A stretch of DNA of 64,000 nt from Enoplolaimus lenunculus (GCA_030248215.1 JASANG010001649.1:496001-560000); one strand, 5' to 3'; counted from the stretch's first letter, positions 1 to 13,669 are shown. Notes: generated by a model not told the origin, from the sequence alone. Numbers and translations: made by a program.

Positions 1-271
1 TTGTCTTTAAAAAATCCACGTAGTAAGGTCCTCAAAAGCCCGTTCTTGACGTAATACTGTTATCCAGGGTTGTTTTTCCCCGGAAAAAATTATGACCGGA
101 AAAAACGATTTTTTTCACTTTCCAGAAAAACTGGAAAAATTCATTCTTCGTCTGAGTGATCGGTTTTCCCACCGTTAGTCGCATTTACCCAAAAATGTTA
201 AGTAGGATTTTGAAACCTTTGCTCTGATCATTCCATGCCGAAGTCTGAATTTTTGAAAAATTCATTTTTAA

Positions 272-520
272 CCTTTTCTCACATGAATATTTGTAACTTC
301 ATATGAGATGTAATTTCAAGGTGAGATTCGAACCCCACTCTCACGGGTGGGAGGCGTTTACGAGGACCACTGAGCTATAGGAGCTTGACGCTCGAGCCCG
401 AGGGGGCTCTCACGTCTTGTGGAGATTTAACACTGCGCATATAAACACTGCTCACAGTGTGTGTTTTGCTCGTACAGTATTGCATTTAGTTGCTCATAGT
501 ATACTCTATGAGCGAAAGGG
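272..520. mobile_element. piggyBac-like MITE (copy 1) containing a tRNA-like cassette
   Basis: TTAA|CCTTTTCTC...GCGAAAGGG|TTAT termini; internal minus-strand A-box (TAGCTCAGTGG) and B-box (GGTTCGAATC) at ~320-384; close paralog at 553-1022. Confidence 0.6.
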
Positions 521-552
521 TTATAGATACTCAGTAAGAATTTTTTTATTAA

Positions 553-1022
553 CCCTTTCTCACATGAATATATATTTGCATTTCACATGAATTTCAAGGT
601 GATATTCGAACCCGTCTCACGGGTGGGAGGCGTTTACGATGACCACTGAGCTATAGGAGCTTGACGCTCGAGTCCGAGGGGATTCTCACGTGTTGTGGAG
701 ATTTTACACTGCGCATATACACTGCAAAAAATGGTGAGTCAAATTGACTCCCTCCGAAATAGGCTCTACGGGACTACACAAATTGAGTCAAAATTCGACT
801 CCGGCAGAGTCAAATCCGATTCACTGGGTCGCATATTTGACTCTGGCGGAGTCGAATTTGACTCAGTTTGTGTAGTCCCGTAGAGCCTATTTCGGAGGGA
901 GTCAATTTGACTCCCCATTTTTTGCAGTGTATGTTATAAATGTTAAACACTGCTCCCAGTGTGTGTATTGCTCGTACATTATGGTATTTAGTTGCTCATA
1001 GTATACTCTATGAGCGAAAGGG
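553..1022. mobile_element. piggyBac-like MITE (copy 2), interrupted by a palindromic MITE
   Basis: TTAA|CCCTTTCT...GCGAAAGGG|TTAA, i.e. TTAA TSD and CCCT/AGGG ends; sequence aligns with 272-520 apart from the insertion at 720-929. Confidence 0.65.
720..929. mobile_element. Palindromic MITE with CACTG termini (CMC/EnSpm-like)
   Basis: TA|CACTGCAAAAAATGG...CCATTTTTTGCAGTG|TA; almost the whole element is an inverted repeat; absent from the paralogous copy at 272-520; a half copy occurs at ~39775-39857. Confidence 0.8.
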
Positions 1023-2540
1023 TTAAAAACTGCCGGAACCTCCAGCAAAAATCCTACCGGAGCCGCAGCCGGAAATGAACCAAAGCCTCAGACGTAAATT
1101 GCAAGTGCCCGATATATGTCAGAATATCGTGGAGTCTGTCTCAAGTTCCAGAATCTCGAGCAAAAAGGTTGCATTACAATTTCCCCGTGTTGTAGAAAAA
1201 AATCAGACCCCACAAAATTGTAGTTTCAGGAAAAAGCAAAGCTCGACTAATAAGAGAAACCAGACGCCGCAATTGTTAAAATTAATCTAACAGCCTAATA
1301 TTCTACTGCCGCCTTTTACGTAATCCCCAATGTTCCGATTCTGCTGCATTATAGCAACCCGGAGTGTTGATGGTTCATTCTGGGTCGGAGCGTCGCGAAG
1401 CGAGATATTTAGAAATTATGCAAATCGTTGTTGAACCTTAGCTACAGATGCAAAGGCCTTTTGGATGTTACATTGTACGAAAACTGCGGACCGGTCGGAA
1501 AGGAATATTGTTTAGTATCTTCTTCGATTTACTGTAATTTTGATATTCGTTTCTTTCGCCTGAGTTATGTTATCTGTGTTATAGTATAGTAACTTGAGAA
1601 TTGGGTATAGTATTGTATCTGGAATCATATTCTATTCATACACGTAGCTTAAGCTTTGATTAGGCAAAAGATTTAAATTAGTGTATTTATATTTTCACAA
1701 ATCTAACCAGTAAGTTGTGTTATACTTGAATGCTAGTAGGCAGGGTATAACCGGAACCCCATTTCCACTTCCAATGTAATTGATGTCCGTTTCTGTTATA
1801 GACATACCGGAAATTCCGTTATTTTTATGCTCATAGTTAGCCGTGAGCCACATTTTGTGCTCATAGATAGCCGTAAACCACTTATAAATCATTCAAGTTT
1901 TCAATACAGATGTGCCGCAATTGTTTGATTTAAAATAATGACACAATTCATCTACAATATTAAAAAAATTATTTCATCCATTATGTCTTCCTATAAATTA
2001 TCTGCTGGTTTTCCGTTTCCGTTATTTTGGGCACTATTATTTCCATAATAAAAAGGAAATTTATCAAAAAATCTTAAAACAATTTTGAGCACAATCATCT
2101 TTTAAACATTTATACTTCAATATCCTCTTTCATTATTTTTACTATAATTCGTTTACACTCTGCTAGCAGTCTATGAAATTCCATCCATTTTTTGAGATAA
2201 AACTTTTTCAGGTAGAAAAACACAAATCCTACAACAGCCAACACCGGACTAAAAATGGCAGCATATTGGAGCGCAAGTGGAAACTGTCCGACTAATCAAC
2301 AAACAACAAACTTGACATAAAAACATGAGATTATACACCAGACACAAAAAATCATCAGTATCAATAGTCAAACCCAAGTTACTTTTAGGGGCGACCCGTT
2401 TTCGCACTCCACTGCATTAAATACACTTAGGCTTACGACTATGTTGTTGGTTAGGCTCTGGTAACATGCTTATGTTACCTTTACGCCCTAAAAGTAACAT
2501 TGTCCAATAGGCATTCATGTCTAAAATTTATACAGGATTA

Positions 2541-5500
2541 TCATCTACAAGGAGTTTGTGCCATGCTGACCACAACAGGAGCTTTGTTTGACCTAGATGT
2601 TTGTTTATCAACTGCAGAACGTCGCTGTATGGCATGCCGTTCATTCTTTCTCATGTCAGTCGTACCTAGTAGATTGGTTTGCGAGTACACACCCATCACC
2701 GGCGTTCCTTGACCTTGGTCAGAGCAGACGGTTACCGTAGGCTCACAACTAGACTCATTATCTGATACCAACGGCGGGGTTATCACAATTGGCAAGAATA
2801 CATCCGTATCTGAATCGACCGTTTGGCCACTGGCACCACTTTCGCTTGGAAAATTAACAAACTCGTAAGAGCTGCCATGCCCAACATTATTGTTGTTTTT
2901 CAGCAGAGGTGCTGCATCCGTACAAACTTCAGCATTATAGTCACGTGATATTTGATTATGATTACTCGACGGCGATACTAGCGAAAATGAAGATGTCATC
3001 AATGACGGCATATGAGATGCAGATCTCGATTGCGGTAACGTATACGTAGACTCTTGACTAGATCGCTGTCTAGACGAAGGCACTGCAGCCGTCCCAAGCT
3101 TACTAAACCCACTGCGACCGCTATGGGTGTCGGGATTGGCTGTTGTACTACGAGTATCGTGATAAAACGCTGGCTCATATTCGTGCCGGACAGTCTGTGA
3201 TTCGTGTGGCGAAACACTGACCAGTGAGAACGGAATATTAACATACGGTACGTTGGGCGTCAGCGGTGAGAAGCTATATGCAGACATGTCGATTTGTCTA
3301 GACGATGCTCCAAGAATTGCTTTCTTCTGATATTTTGCCTCGTCTTCATTTACACTAGATTGCTTGGATGGATGATCGTCTGGAGACAGAAACGGAGTTG
3401 TTGAAGAACTGTGCGGTCTGCGAAACCCACTACTCTGCCAAGGCTGATGAAATGTCTTTGAAGCTGAGGATATACTGGTTGGAGACAGCAACAGTTTAGA
3501 ATCACTCGGTGACACATGAAGAACTGCATTTCGAACCGATGCAGTGAGTTTGTGCTGTGGTAAATGTAGAATAACCAAGATAGCGATGAACACTAGACAA
3601 GCACCGAAAACGAAAGGCGGACCAGGTATGATACGCTAGAATACATAAAACAAACAAAATGCGCTACAAATATATGATTGATTTAAAACAAACCGTTCAC
3701 TATTATGTTAATACATTTTTGGTATGAAAATGCAGTTTGCAAACATTTCGAACTGTGTTAATGAAACAAAGATAATCGTATCTTAATTGGAACGAAAATA
3801 TCTCGATTACAGAGCTCAAAAAATACGTACAGTATTTCAAAAATTTGAGAAATAATTTAGTAGAAATTTTTGCGACAACTTAACAAAAGCACCTAACATG
3901 TTATTTTTATCTGCAAAAATCAAAGCACATTCCCTCGAAAAACGCAAAATGTTGTACGCAAATTGTGAAGATTGCCTAGACCCAACTCAAATCAAGTTAT
4001 ATAAAAGTTCTAATTGGACACTTCTGGGATCAAACCTAAGGTGGTATGAATAACAATATTCGTTACTTAATACCTGGCTTATACTTGCCGGCATCACTCC
4101 GCTCAGGTGGTCTGTTACAAAACCGAGACCAGTGTCGTTTAGCCACGTCCATCCTGCACCATAACTGTCTCGTGGTTTTGCTGCCGGCCTACCGCGAACA
4201 AATAAAATATTATTTATACTTTCAAAATATTTCAGTTCATACCTCTCAATACATGAATTCCTCAGCCTATACAGCGCAGTACAGAACAAATCAGTTCTAG
4301 CACACTAAGCGTGGATTGTTGCAAATTGCTGGAATAAAAACTCTTGAAACGACGAAAACAATGCAATCCGTTCTATCGTGTTGTTTCAAAATATTTTGTT
4401 TTTGCTTATCTATCAATATAATTAAACCTAGAATACCTAAGATACATATACTGGCATCGTATCAGCTAAATCTTTTAATGTAAATTATGCATTTTATAAA
4501 AAACAAGATAGCGTATGAACAGCAATTGAAATTTTGTTAGCGTTACAAATTTTGTTACATGTTTACTACTTTGCTTAATTCGGAAACGTAGGCCAGTGCT
4601 TAAGCTTAGCTTAATGATTTTAGGGTCTCAAGTCATTATATCACAACAATTTTCGTGTTTTTTCTGAACATGTAGCAAACTTCGGCCAATGTAAACCAAG
4701 CAAAAAATAGTCTTAAGCTTAAACTTACTCTTTTCTAGTCCCACAGAAAAACGTTCCGCCCTTGATCTTTACATGGGTCCAAACTTCTTAGAGAACTTGA
4801 CTTACTTACTATCTATGTACTCATCCAAAAATTAACATTGTATTAAAAAGTTGCTCACTTTAACCGGGGTCCAACTGCCGCTGTAAGAGGCGACTTTATT
4901 AGTGCTGGTCGTATTGTATCGTCTTGTGTGCTCAGATCAACATTGAACATGTAGAATATTGCGCCAAACAATGCTGGCCCTAGTCCAGAACACAATCCTC
5001 GAATTCCAGTAACTATGCCTTGTACGGTTCCTATTAATACAAACATCGCCACGTTCATAGTAATAAAACTAAAGAAGGAAAATTAATGTAGCACCAAGAA
5101 ATTATCGGACACAATTCTGAATAAAAATTTTAAGTTTAGAACGTACCATAAGTTTGGTGCAGATTATAGCTAAATGATGCACTTAAAATTTCTAGCCTTC
5201 ATCTATCTTTAACTAACGTATTCCTGCATGAATAGTTTTAATTAAATCTAACAACCAGTAATTTCAAGCTAGAATTCGAATTCAGCATATCTGGAGGCAG
5301 ACGTGCACCACCGTCACCCAGCTACAGAAGCTTGACGATCAAGACAAGAGGGTTCACACGTTTTGTGTACTTTACAGTATGTAAACGTAAAGTAATAAAT
5401 GGCTAGACACTGCATTATGAATATCAAAAGCGTAAAATCATTAATACTCACCTTGTTTGTCACAGTCCGCATGCACTGAAACGTACGCGGACAACGACGG

Positions 5501-8500
5501 ATACGTTACTTGTGAGACTGCAACCAGGAACCCCGCAACCCACATCATCCTATAAAATAATACAACAATGCAAAATTAAAGTCCTCAGAGGCGTCAATTT
5601 GTAAAACTCGACATGTTGAGCAACCAAATTAACAAAATCGGGTGACTTTATATTTTTTCATTTAATGTCTAGGTGCCGTTCAACATTGTATGCGAATTTA
5701 CCATACGTTGCAGGACCGCACCACAAACCAATTTGTAACTTGAAAACTTTTGACATGCAGCGCCAGATGACAGCTATATACAAGGTCACCGTTACTTTAC
5801 ATTATTCACACTTGAATCGATAATGTTTCACTGTAACATAGTCTTATTACTAGCCAACGTGATTACAAATTTGTAACTCAAACTATTCCTCACAAAACAT
5901 TTTAAGGATGTGTAGTAACTTGCATACATACAAATAACTCAAAATATTCCTCACCAATCATTTTAAGAATGTGTAGTACTTTTCTAAAAGGATATAGTAA
6001 TTCTGTAATGAAAATTATTTCTAATTCCCGTTCCTGTTCCGGATCCTGCTGGAAAATTCAATTCCCTGTTCCTGTTCCGATAAAGTTTAGTTCCTGTTGG
6101 AAACCTGATATATATATGCTGGCGCTTGTTTATATATAAAACCTGATATTTATGCTGTCGCTTGTTGATATATAAAACAATCGTTTACAACAGCGGAAAC
6201 GTTGCCCAAAATATGTATGTGGGGCGTTCCAGCTTTATTAATATAGATTATTGTAACTATGAAATAATATTTACATACCAATAATGGGTTCCAAGACCGT
6301 ACCAAATCAATTGTACGAATTGAAATACTAGCCCGATCATTATAGTGTGCTTTGGCCGGAATGCGCTGTGGAGTATCATTAACAACCCAGTCTGAAATTA
6401 ATTTCCAATAAACGTTTGTAGTAGTACATCATTGCTTACCTTTAGTGTTGCTCAAGTCTGCTGAAGATGATTTTATGTAAACTTGTTACATAATGCTGCT
6501 ATAATAGACCGATTTGCATCCGATATTTATATTTTAATCCAAATTTTACTGATGTCAATTAACACGATCGGTTTAAACACACTTTCAGTTTTGTGTATAT
6601 ACTGCACCGCAATATTCTATCAACTACAACAATTAAATAATGTAATAAATAAATGTTTTCGCTTTCCATATAGTTAAATTTGATATATGTGGTGTTCTAA
6701 ACCCACATCTGTCCCAGCTTGCAACTGGTCTATCCTCCAAACACTAATAACTGTTGTTCGGAACAGGATGAACAACAACTAGGACAAAATATGATGCTTT
6801 TATCGAATTTGCGGAAAAGGAAAAAACCTATTTTTTAGTTTGCTCTCCTACTAACAAACTCGACTTGCTTTCTAGTAGTTGTTCTGGCTATCCTGAGCAG
6901 AGAATTTGCGTTTGTGATGAGTCAGTTGCCAGTGTCATGATTACAAACAAGAACCGAAACTTACAGCTTTGCCCCTTTTTTGCATACTTTTGCCTGGTAC
7001 TTCAGTTATTACTGCAGCGAGGCACCACGATTATGTTTTTGTTTGTTTTTATTTTTAATATCAATAAAATTTCGTAGAGAATGGTATTTTATCTTATATA
7101 AAAGTGGTTTCCCTCAGTTATAGCGGCGTTAAGGGAATTTGTGTAAAAGTTAAATTTTAGCACGCTCTGGTTTTAATTTCGGCTTGCACGTAGCTTCCGG
7201 ACGAACCCTGGTCTGGACAAAACTAAAATAGATTTTTTCCAGACGCGACTTGCATACCTACCTGGGCGATAACAGACAAAACGCCAACTAATCCGATAAA
7301 TGCTGCTACAGCTTCTGGAGAGAATCCCACAACCTGAAACCCAAACTCTTTCTCGACAATTTTTTTCATAAAAAGCGCCGACGCGCACGTCAAATCTTGT
7401 TTCTAATTAAAACTTTTCTCACCGTCTATTATGTCAAGGTACCTACACAAATATTTCTTGTAGTTAATATATATTCATCTCACGTAAAGACCCATAGTGT
7501 ATACGTACGGTGTTAGTACACGACAACTAACTCAACCTAAAGAGTTTTAAAACAATTTTGTTGTCATTTGTAAAAATACTAAAACTGATTAGTTACGCCG
7601 CATTACAAATTTTACAATTTTATAAATAACTATAGGTTGTTTCATTCCTTGACTTTTACAAAATATTCGTCCCCATAATGCAGAGAGCGACTAAAACACA
7701 CTATGTAAATTTTTTGTCATTATATACCTGATTTATAAAGTAAAACAATACGTCATGCTGTGGGTTCTTAACGTTTTTAACTAGGGAAACCATCGCTCGG
7801 GAAAGCGCCGAAACGCAACATGTCACCTACTCTGACCCCAGCCTAAACAACGGCGTCCGCCGTTTTAACATTTTTAGCCTTAAGAATGATACCTTTTTGC
7901 GCGTTAAACACTTTCTTATGTAATAATGTACAGCTGTCATATAATGTATCAGGGTTCCAATCGGAAGTAAATTTTGTCAGAAGCGTAATAGGAATCCGAA
8001 TCAATTTTGTTTGTCGGAACAGGAATCGGAATTTAAGTTTTAGTAATTATATCAAAACTAAAGGGCATGACCTTTGACTTTTTGTTGCAGTATGTTTGCC
8101 TGTATTGTTCAGTTTCAATAAAAATGGCTTGTACAGCTGACTGTACTAGCCATCTACTAACCTGTAAAATTATATTAATGGAGGCCTGCCAACTCTAAGA
8201 ACATCATGTCAATTCTCAAAGCACAGGAAAAACTTGATCTTAAAGTTTAAATGCAGTTAAGCATTTTGAGAATTTCCAAACTTTAAATATGAAGTCTTGT
8301 GAAATCATAAATAACAGGATTTGAAAATTAACCAATTCAATGGAGCACCGTTTTCAATACAGTAAGGATACTGTTGAACCAAATATCGAGCTAAGGATAC
8401 TGTTGAACCAAATATCGAGCTATATTTGAGAACTACTGGGGCTAACATCACTGCTTGCCGCTATAAAGTAGAATTTTCAGTTTAGATTTTGTTATTCGTT

Positions 8501-11500
8501 TAAAGGTAGAGCTTAAAGATTTCAATTGCAGTTACATTTTCACAATCAGCAAAATAATTTACTCTGCTACCAACAATACTTACTAACAAAAAAGATTTGC
8601 AAACAAACGAAAAAATAGGCAACCGAAAAATCGGAATAGAAACCAGTCGGAAGCGGAACCAAATTTTTTCGGAATTTTGGCCGGAATCGGAATTCTGTTG
8701 GAACCCTGTAATGTATTTACTTCAAACAAAACCAAAACAATAATTTTATCCCTGAACATCTCTATTCAAGATTTTGCTGACAGTTGCGGACAGGGACCTT
8801 CAGTTTAAACCACATTCCAGTAAGGCCCAGCAAACGCCCAATATAGTCAACTATGCCCGTTGTAAATGTGTGGTATATATACGATTAACCAGAATTTTTT
8901 CTTTTTACATGTATCAAAAACGGTACACCTGGCCAAAAGAAATGCCACATGATTAACAGTTGAATATTACTAACAGTTAGTCAATGCAACATACGCATGG
9001 TAGATTCTATGTGGCGTACCACTGTAACCAGATGATTAAATAATAGCAATACATAAAAATCCACATTTCATAGGCTCATGGCCTGAAACCTGATTCAAGA
9101 ACCCCAAAACACAAACAACATAATTGGATATTATGTAGTGTCGTAGACTATAATATATGTTTGTACATACTGTGTAACATACAAGGGGGAAAGCTAACAC
9201 ACAAGCATGTGTAAGTTGCGGACCTTACTTATAGTAATAGTAATGATGATGTACAGAGGACAAACATCATAAAATGAACTAAAAACAGAAAGTTTTTACA
9301 CTTTTCTTGCAAACATAATCCTTCTGTGTTGGCAAATTACACAAACATTTTGCTATTGTTCGTCGCCAAAATACACTACATATTGTCCCGTTACAACGCT
9401 CTCTTCTTAAACTACTGGTATTCCCTAGTAACAGCCAGTACATATAAACACGTAGCGCAAAAATCTACATACCAATTTACGCTACAATAACATATACGCA
9501 ATAACTTAACTGATTCAATTGACAATGACCCACACATTGAGCGTTTTTACCCCATTATTGTCCAGAACGACTACAATCTTATTCTTAGCACAATACAACT
9601 TACGTACCAATTTCAGGTAAACAAAAAAGCATGAAAATTGTCCAGCTTCCGGAAGATATGATAAAAACACAATAAGACATAAATACACAATCATTCGGTC
9701 TTCTCCGACTTTTTTGAGCGACTGAAAATATTACACAGTTTACAATGGATTTGATCGATCACAAAAATATATGCAACTGTAATACAAAATGTAAGAAAGC
9801 AATATACTGGTGTTCACGCTATTCACAAAACAAAACGAACTAAGATATAACTGTTAACAGATTTTTGCAGGCAGGTCACACAAGTTGTAATTTTGACATT
9901 TCGAAAACTTAGTACAAAAATTTTGCCAATTCAGCCATGTATATAGGAAATCAGTTGTTTTTTACCCTTACCGCAAAGGGATCAGCATTTTCCCATGAGA
10001 CAGAGTCCCAGTTTTGTCGCTGTTTTGTTGGCAAACTTTCCGGGACTCCGACAAGAATGAAAAACAAATCAAAAACGGCAATTGCAGAAGCAAGTGCAAC
10101 CACAGTGTCATCAGAGTGTGACTCAGCAATATACGCACCAAGTGCTGGTGAAATCACTAAGCTCGCGCCAAATGTCGCAGAAACCTAAAATTGGTTACAA
10201 CCAACTGTAACAAGTTCGGCTTAGAAACCTGTTCTGAGTTTGGCATAACGGCAGGGCGTCAGATAGGATTTGGCAAAGGGTGTTGCGGCTTCTTACGTTA
10301 CTAACTTTGAAGTTAAAAAAATCTCAGGATAACTATCACAAAGGAGTTTTTGACTGTATGTGGCACATCCATGTAACTTTCTATAAAATTGCTTTAAGCT
10401 GGTGGTTTTGGTATTTCCCATTAGTTTAGCTTTATTCCAGGCGTCCATGGACCCCTAAGTCTCTTTTCCCAAGTTCGATCTCAAACGGCGCTTTTTATTA
10501 ATATATTTCATAAAAACTGGTTTGTTTTCGGATGAATGCGTTACCTAGTTTTCATCACGGTGTAAAATTGTATTTTTATATTTCACTTTTGTCAGGTATT
10601 TTTTGTAAATTGTATTGTTGTTGTTATGAACCAGTTATGCCGGTAAACATGCAAATTAACTATGCTTTGGGGTAGCCCTTAACTATCCCCGTAGTCCGAC
10701 TTAAATTTAAATTTCTACAGAAGGTTGTTATTTTTGTTACTTTCCATCTCGAATGTTTTCTTTTATATTCGACTTGTGGACTGTATACTTCGGTGACACC
10801 AGTTTATGCGATTGTTATTTGGAATTCTTAATAAGTTGAGATTTCTGATGAACATATTCTGGTTTAGGAGTGGATAGAGCAGGAGTCACCGGAGCTGCTG
10901 GAGTATTATTGGTGTTGTGTTACTGGAGTTGAATTAGAAACTGGAGTTTAACCGAAGTTATTTGGAGTTAAATATTAGCGTTAAGTTAACGCCTTGCGTT
11001 AATAATTACTGGCATAATACTTGTTTCTGTTGTTTAGTACAGTGTTACAACCAGCCGCGTCTATATCAGAGCACTGAGGTTCCCGCAGCCGCGTCTATAT
11101 CAGAGCACTGAGGTTCACACAGCCGAATAGCATTACGGACACACACCTGATACCTTGCAAATTTGACATTGACCATTATCCCCCGGAACTAAGCATGTGC
11201 TATCAATTGATAATTTAGATCTGAAATTTAACACAAAAATCTAAATTAAATTCGTCGACTAAAATAACTATATCACTCGCATACCAGTCCATATGCTTCG
11301 TTTCGATCTTCTGTTTCTGTTATATCAGCAACATAAGCAAGCACAACACTGAACGTCACTGAGAAAATACCCGAAATCGAAAAGAGAGCAAAATACCACC
11401 TGAAACCAGGAAACTGTGCGCATGAAGAATATGTGCAGGTGTTCAGCCTTTGGTGAGCATAGGCTACATACACGCAGGGATCGATAGGGTCTTCAGTTCA

Positions 11501-13447
11501 GGTTTAGTATGCCACAAAAAAACGACATGCGCATACGGTTAAGGTATAAACCTATTGGATACCGCAAATTTGAAGTCGTGCTGTCGAATATTATAAACTG
11601 ATTTTAACATGTGGCCATACAATCTTCTTTGACTACATTTCCGGGCAAGCCAAGAAGCCTAAGTTTTTGATGCCGAAGTACAATGAAAATCCAAATTAAC
11701 AATTAATTTTATACTAATGCGGAAACGATCCAAAAACTTAATAATCATACCATGGACTTAGCCGAAGTAGCGGTATTGGCATACACGTGCAGAATACTGT
11801 TAAAAGCAGAAAAAATTTTCGACCCCAAATATCTGATAAAGAGCCAACCAGTGGAGCTGACAGGAAAGACAGTAGACCCTAAAACAGAATATGCCACTGT
11901 GTTTAGTAGTTATTGTATAAGTACACCAAAAACATTGTTCTCGGATGTTCTGAAGGAATTCAACAGAAAAGTTTAATTTATCAAACTAATCATTCTTTCA
12001 CAGAATATTTATTTAACGACATATATTTCAAAAACACATTCCAAGTTCTAATATACCATATCACAAAATAAAGTTATGGTATAATATTTTACACCTGTCT
12101 GGCGTTAAAAAGTACGTACACATCCTTACAATAGTTGTGTTTCCAGGCTAATTCCTGAATGTGTATGTAAACTCATTCAAACATCATCAAAGTTCAGGTT
12201 GCACACGAATCTGGTATTTTTATTGGATATTCCCATATTATAGAAGCATAAGTTTCAGTTGATTCGCGCTCCTCGCTCCAGTATATTATATACACAAGGG
12301 AAGCTTTAAGACAATTATAAGCAGAAGTGCTAGAACTGTTCGACTGAATTTTTTAGCACTTTACCTTTATTCCCAGTACGATACCGTTCATCAGAAATTT
12401 GTTAGTTGGAAACGTTTCAGCTAATACCTAAACAGCCAAGGTAAATCAAAAATATACGTCAAAACCACAAAATCTAAATTGTGTTGCATTTAAGAATTTA
12501 TATACTGTCCTAGTGTTTTAGATGCAATTGCATTAAAGACTAGTTGAAGTATAAATATGGCTTGCAAACGTTGATGTGTTTTAAACCAAAGTTATAAGTA
12601 TTTAGTTTCTTTCAAAGACAACCCCAATTAATGAATTCCCTGAACTAAATCATAGAAAATTAATTGGTTCATTTACGTATTTTACATCGCCTGAGCACTT
12701 GCGTTAAGAACATTTAGTACATAATAAACCTTTAGACGCCAAACTTGAGCAATGTAAATACAAAAGCTTTATAGTAAACAAAAAAGAAATAGACAAATAA
12801 ACAAACCACATAACGTAAATTTGCACTTGCATTAATTATTGGTACGGTCAGTAAACCCCATGAAAAGAATTCCAGGAATATTATGACGAGAGCGTGATAC
12901 AAACTTGGATCGCCAATACCAGAACTCTGAAAAATAACATGCACATACTATTATACAAGAAAGCTATACTAAAATTATCGTTCTTGCACATTTATATGTA
13001 CTTGAGCTAAAATCATTATACTCAGTCACATCAACGGTTTACAATATAACTAAACTCTATATATCATTTGCCTGCCGCTTATAAAAAGCCAGTACAACAC
13101 AATCATTAAAACGCAATCCGTTTCATAGCCCTTTCACATAAAGTTACGAACATAATCTTGATTTGAAATTGGAATTCAATCCGATTCACAACTCAGATTC
13201 CAAAATATAACGTAAGTAAATATAAATAATACCTGGGTTGGGACCCAGCATAGTCTGTGAATGGCTTAAGACGAAGGGATTGCGAAAAAACTGCAGATGC
13301 CGCAAAATTAGAATATAAATAAAAGGTGTTAATCCCGTTTCAAAAATCACAGTAGCAAGACGACATACTTACAGTTCCTCCATCACGTATCAAACCGCGC
13401 CGATAAGAAACAATTCGATACAAATTCCTTTTCATAAAGTTGGCCAT
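2541..13447 (-). CDS. MFSD14: MFS transporter MFSD14/HIAT1 family, ~817 aa, 13 coding exons
   Basis: Exons (minus): 13373-13447, 12831-12926, 12365-12427, 11751-11878, 11285-11399, 9972-10184, 9608-9721, 7262-7333, 6279-6391, 5452-5549, 4859-5030, 4089(or 4074)-4188, 2541-3635. Phases are consistent. Family motifs: IFLEFFSWGLLT, FLMNG, LSAPLVGSLSDIWGRK, AYVADIT, SYLPEAGQFSCFF, GIRGLCSGLGPA, IIPGPPF. Confidence 0.95.
4684..4779. mobile_element. GGCC-ended MITE (Merlin-like) with 8-bp TSD
   Basis: CAAACTTC|GGCCAATGTAAA...TTTACATGGGTC|CAAACTTC; same family as 43242-43437, 48889-49061 and 63423-63549. Confidence 0.7.
7950..8708. mobile_element. hAT-like MITE
   Basis: CAGGGTTCCAA...TTGGAACCCTG TIRs with perfect 8-bp TSD TAATGTAT; internal 29-bp tandem duplication near 8363-8420. 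Confidence 0.85.
10360..11265. repeat. Dispersed repeat, paralog of ~16890-17525
   Basis: 10360-10495 is the reverse complement of ~16890-17020; ~10860-11265 matches ~17035-17525 directly, both ending in GTCGACTAAAA. Confidence 0.6.
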
Positions 13448-13669
13448 AATGCCGTTGAACAGGACTAAACGGTGAGCAGTAAACTATGAGCACAACCCCA
13501 CATCATCATCATCACATCATCATCATTCTGTTTAGATAACCGCTTAACGCAATCAGATCATGATTGAATTGATTATGATACGTATATAATATAAGTATTG
13601 TAAATAATTTCAAATTTTTGAATGCTCAAAACGTTCGTGAACGCTTCAACTTAAAAGTCAAAACTTGAA

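Noticed and set aside
695..883. 62-aa ORF and similar short ORFs in 37400-40700 and 51000-54200
   Set aside because: They overlap MITEs or are antisense shadows; no protein-like features and no transposase motifs.
11752..11976. Plus-strand ORFs overlapping MFSD14, SelP-like and PRKCSH exons
   Set aside because: Antisense shadows of real minus-strand exons.
13233..13290. Extra MFSD14 exon (CTGCAG|...CCCAG|GTATT)
   Set aside because: 58 nt would frameshift, and exons 1 and 2 join in frame without it; at most a poison exon, with no support.
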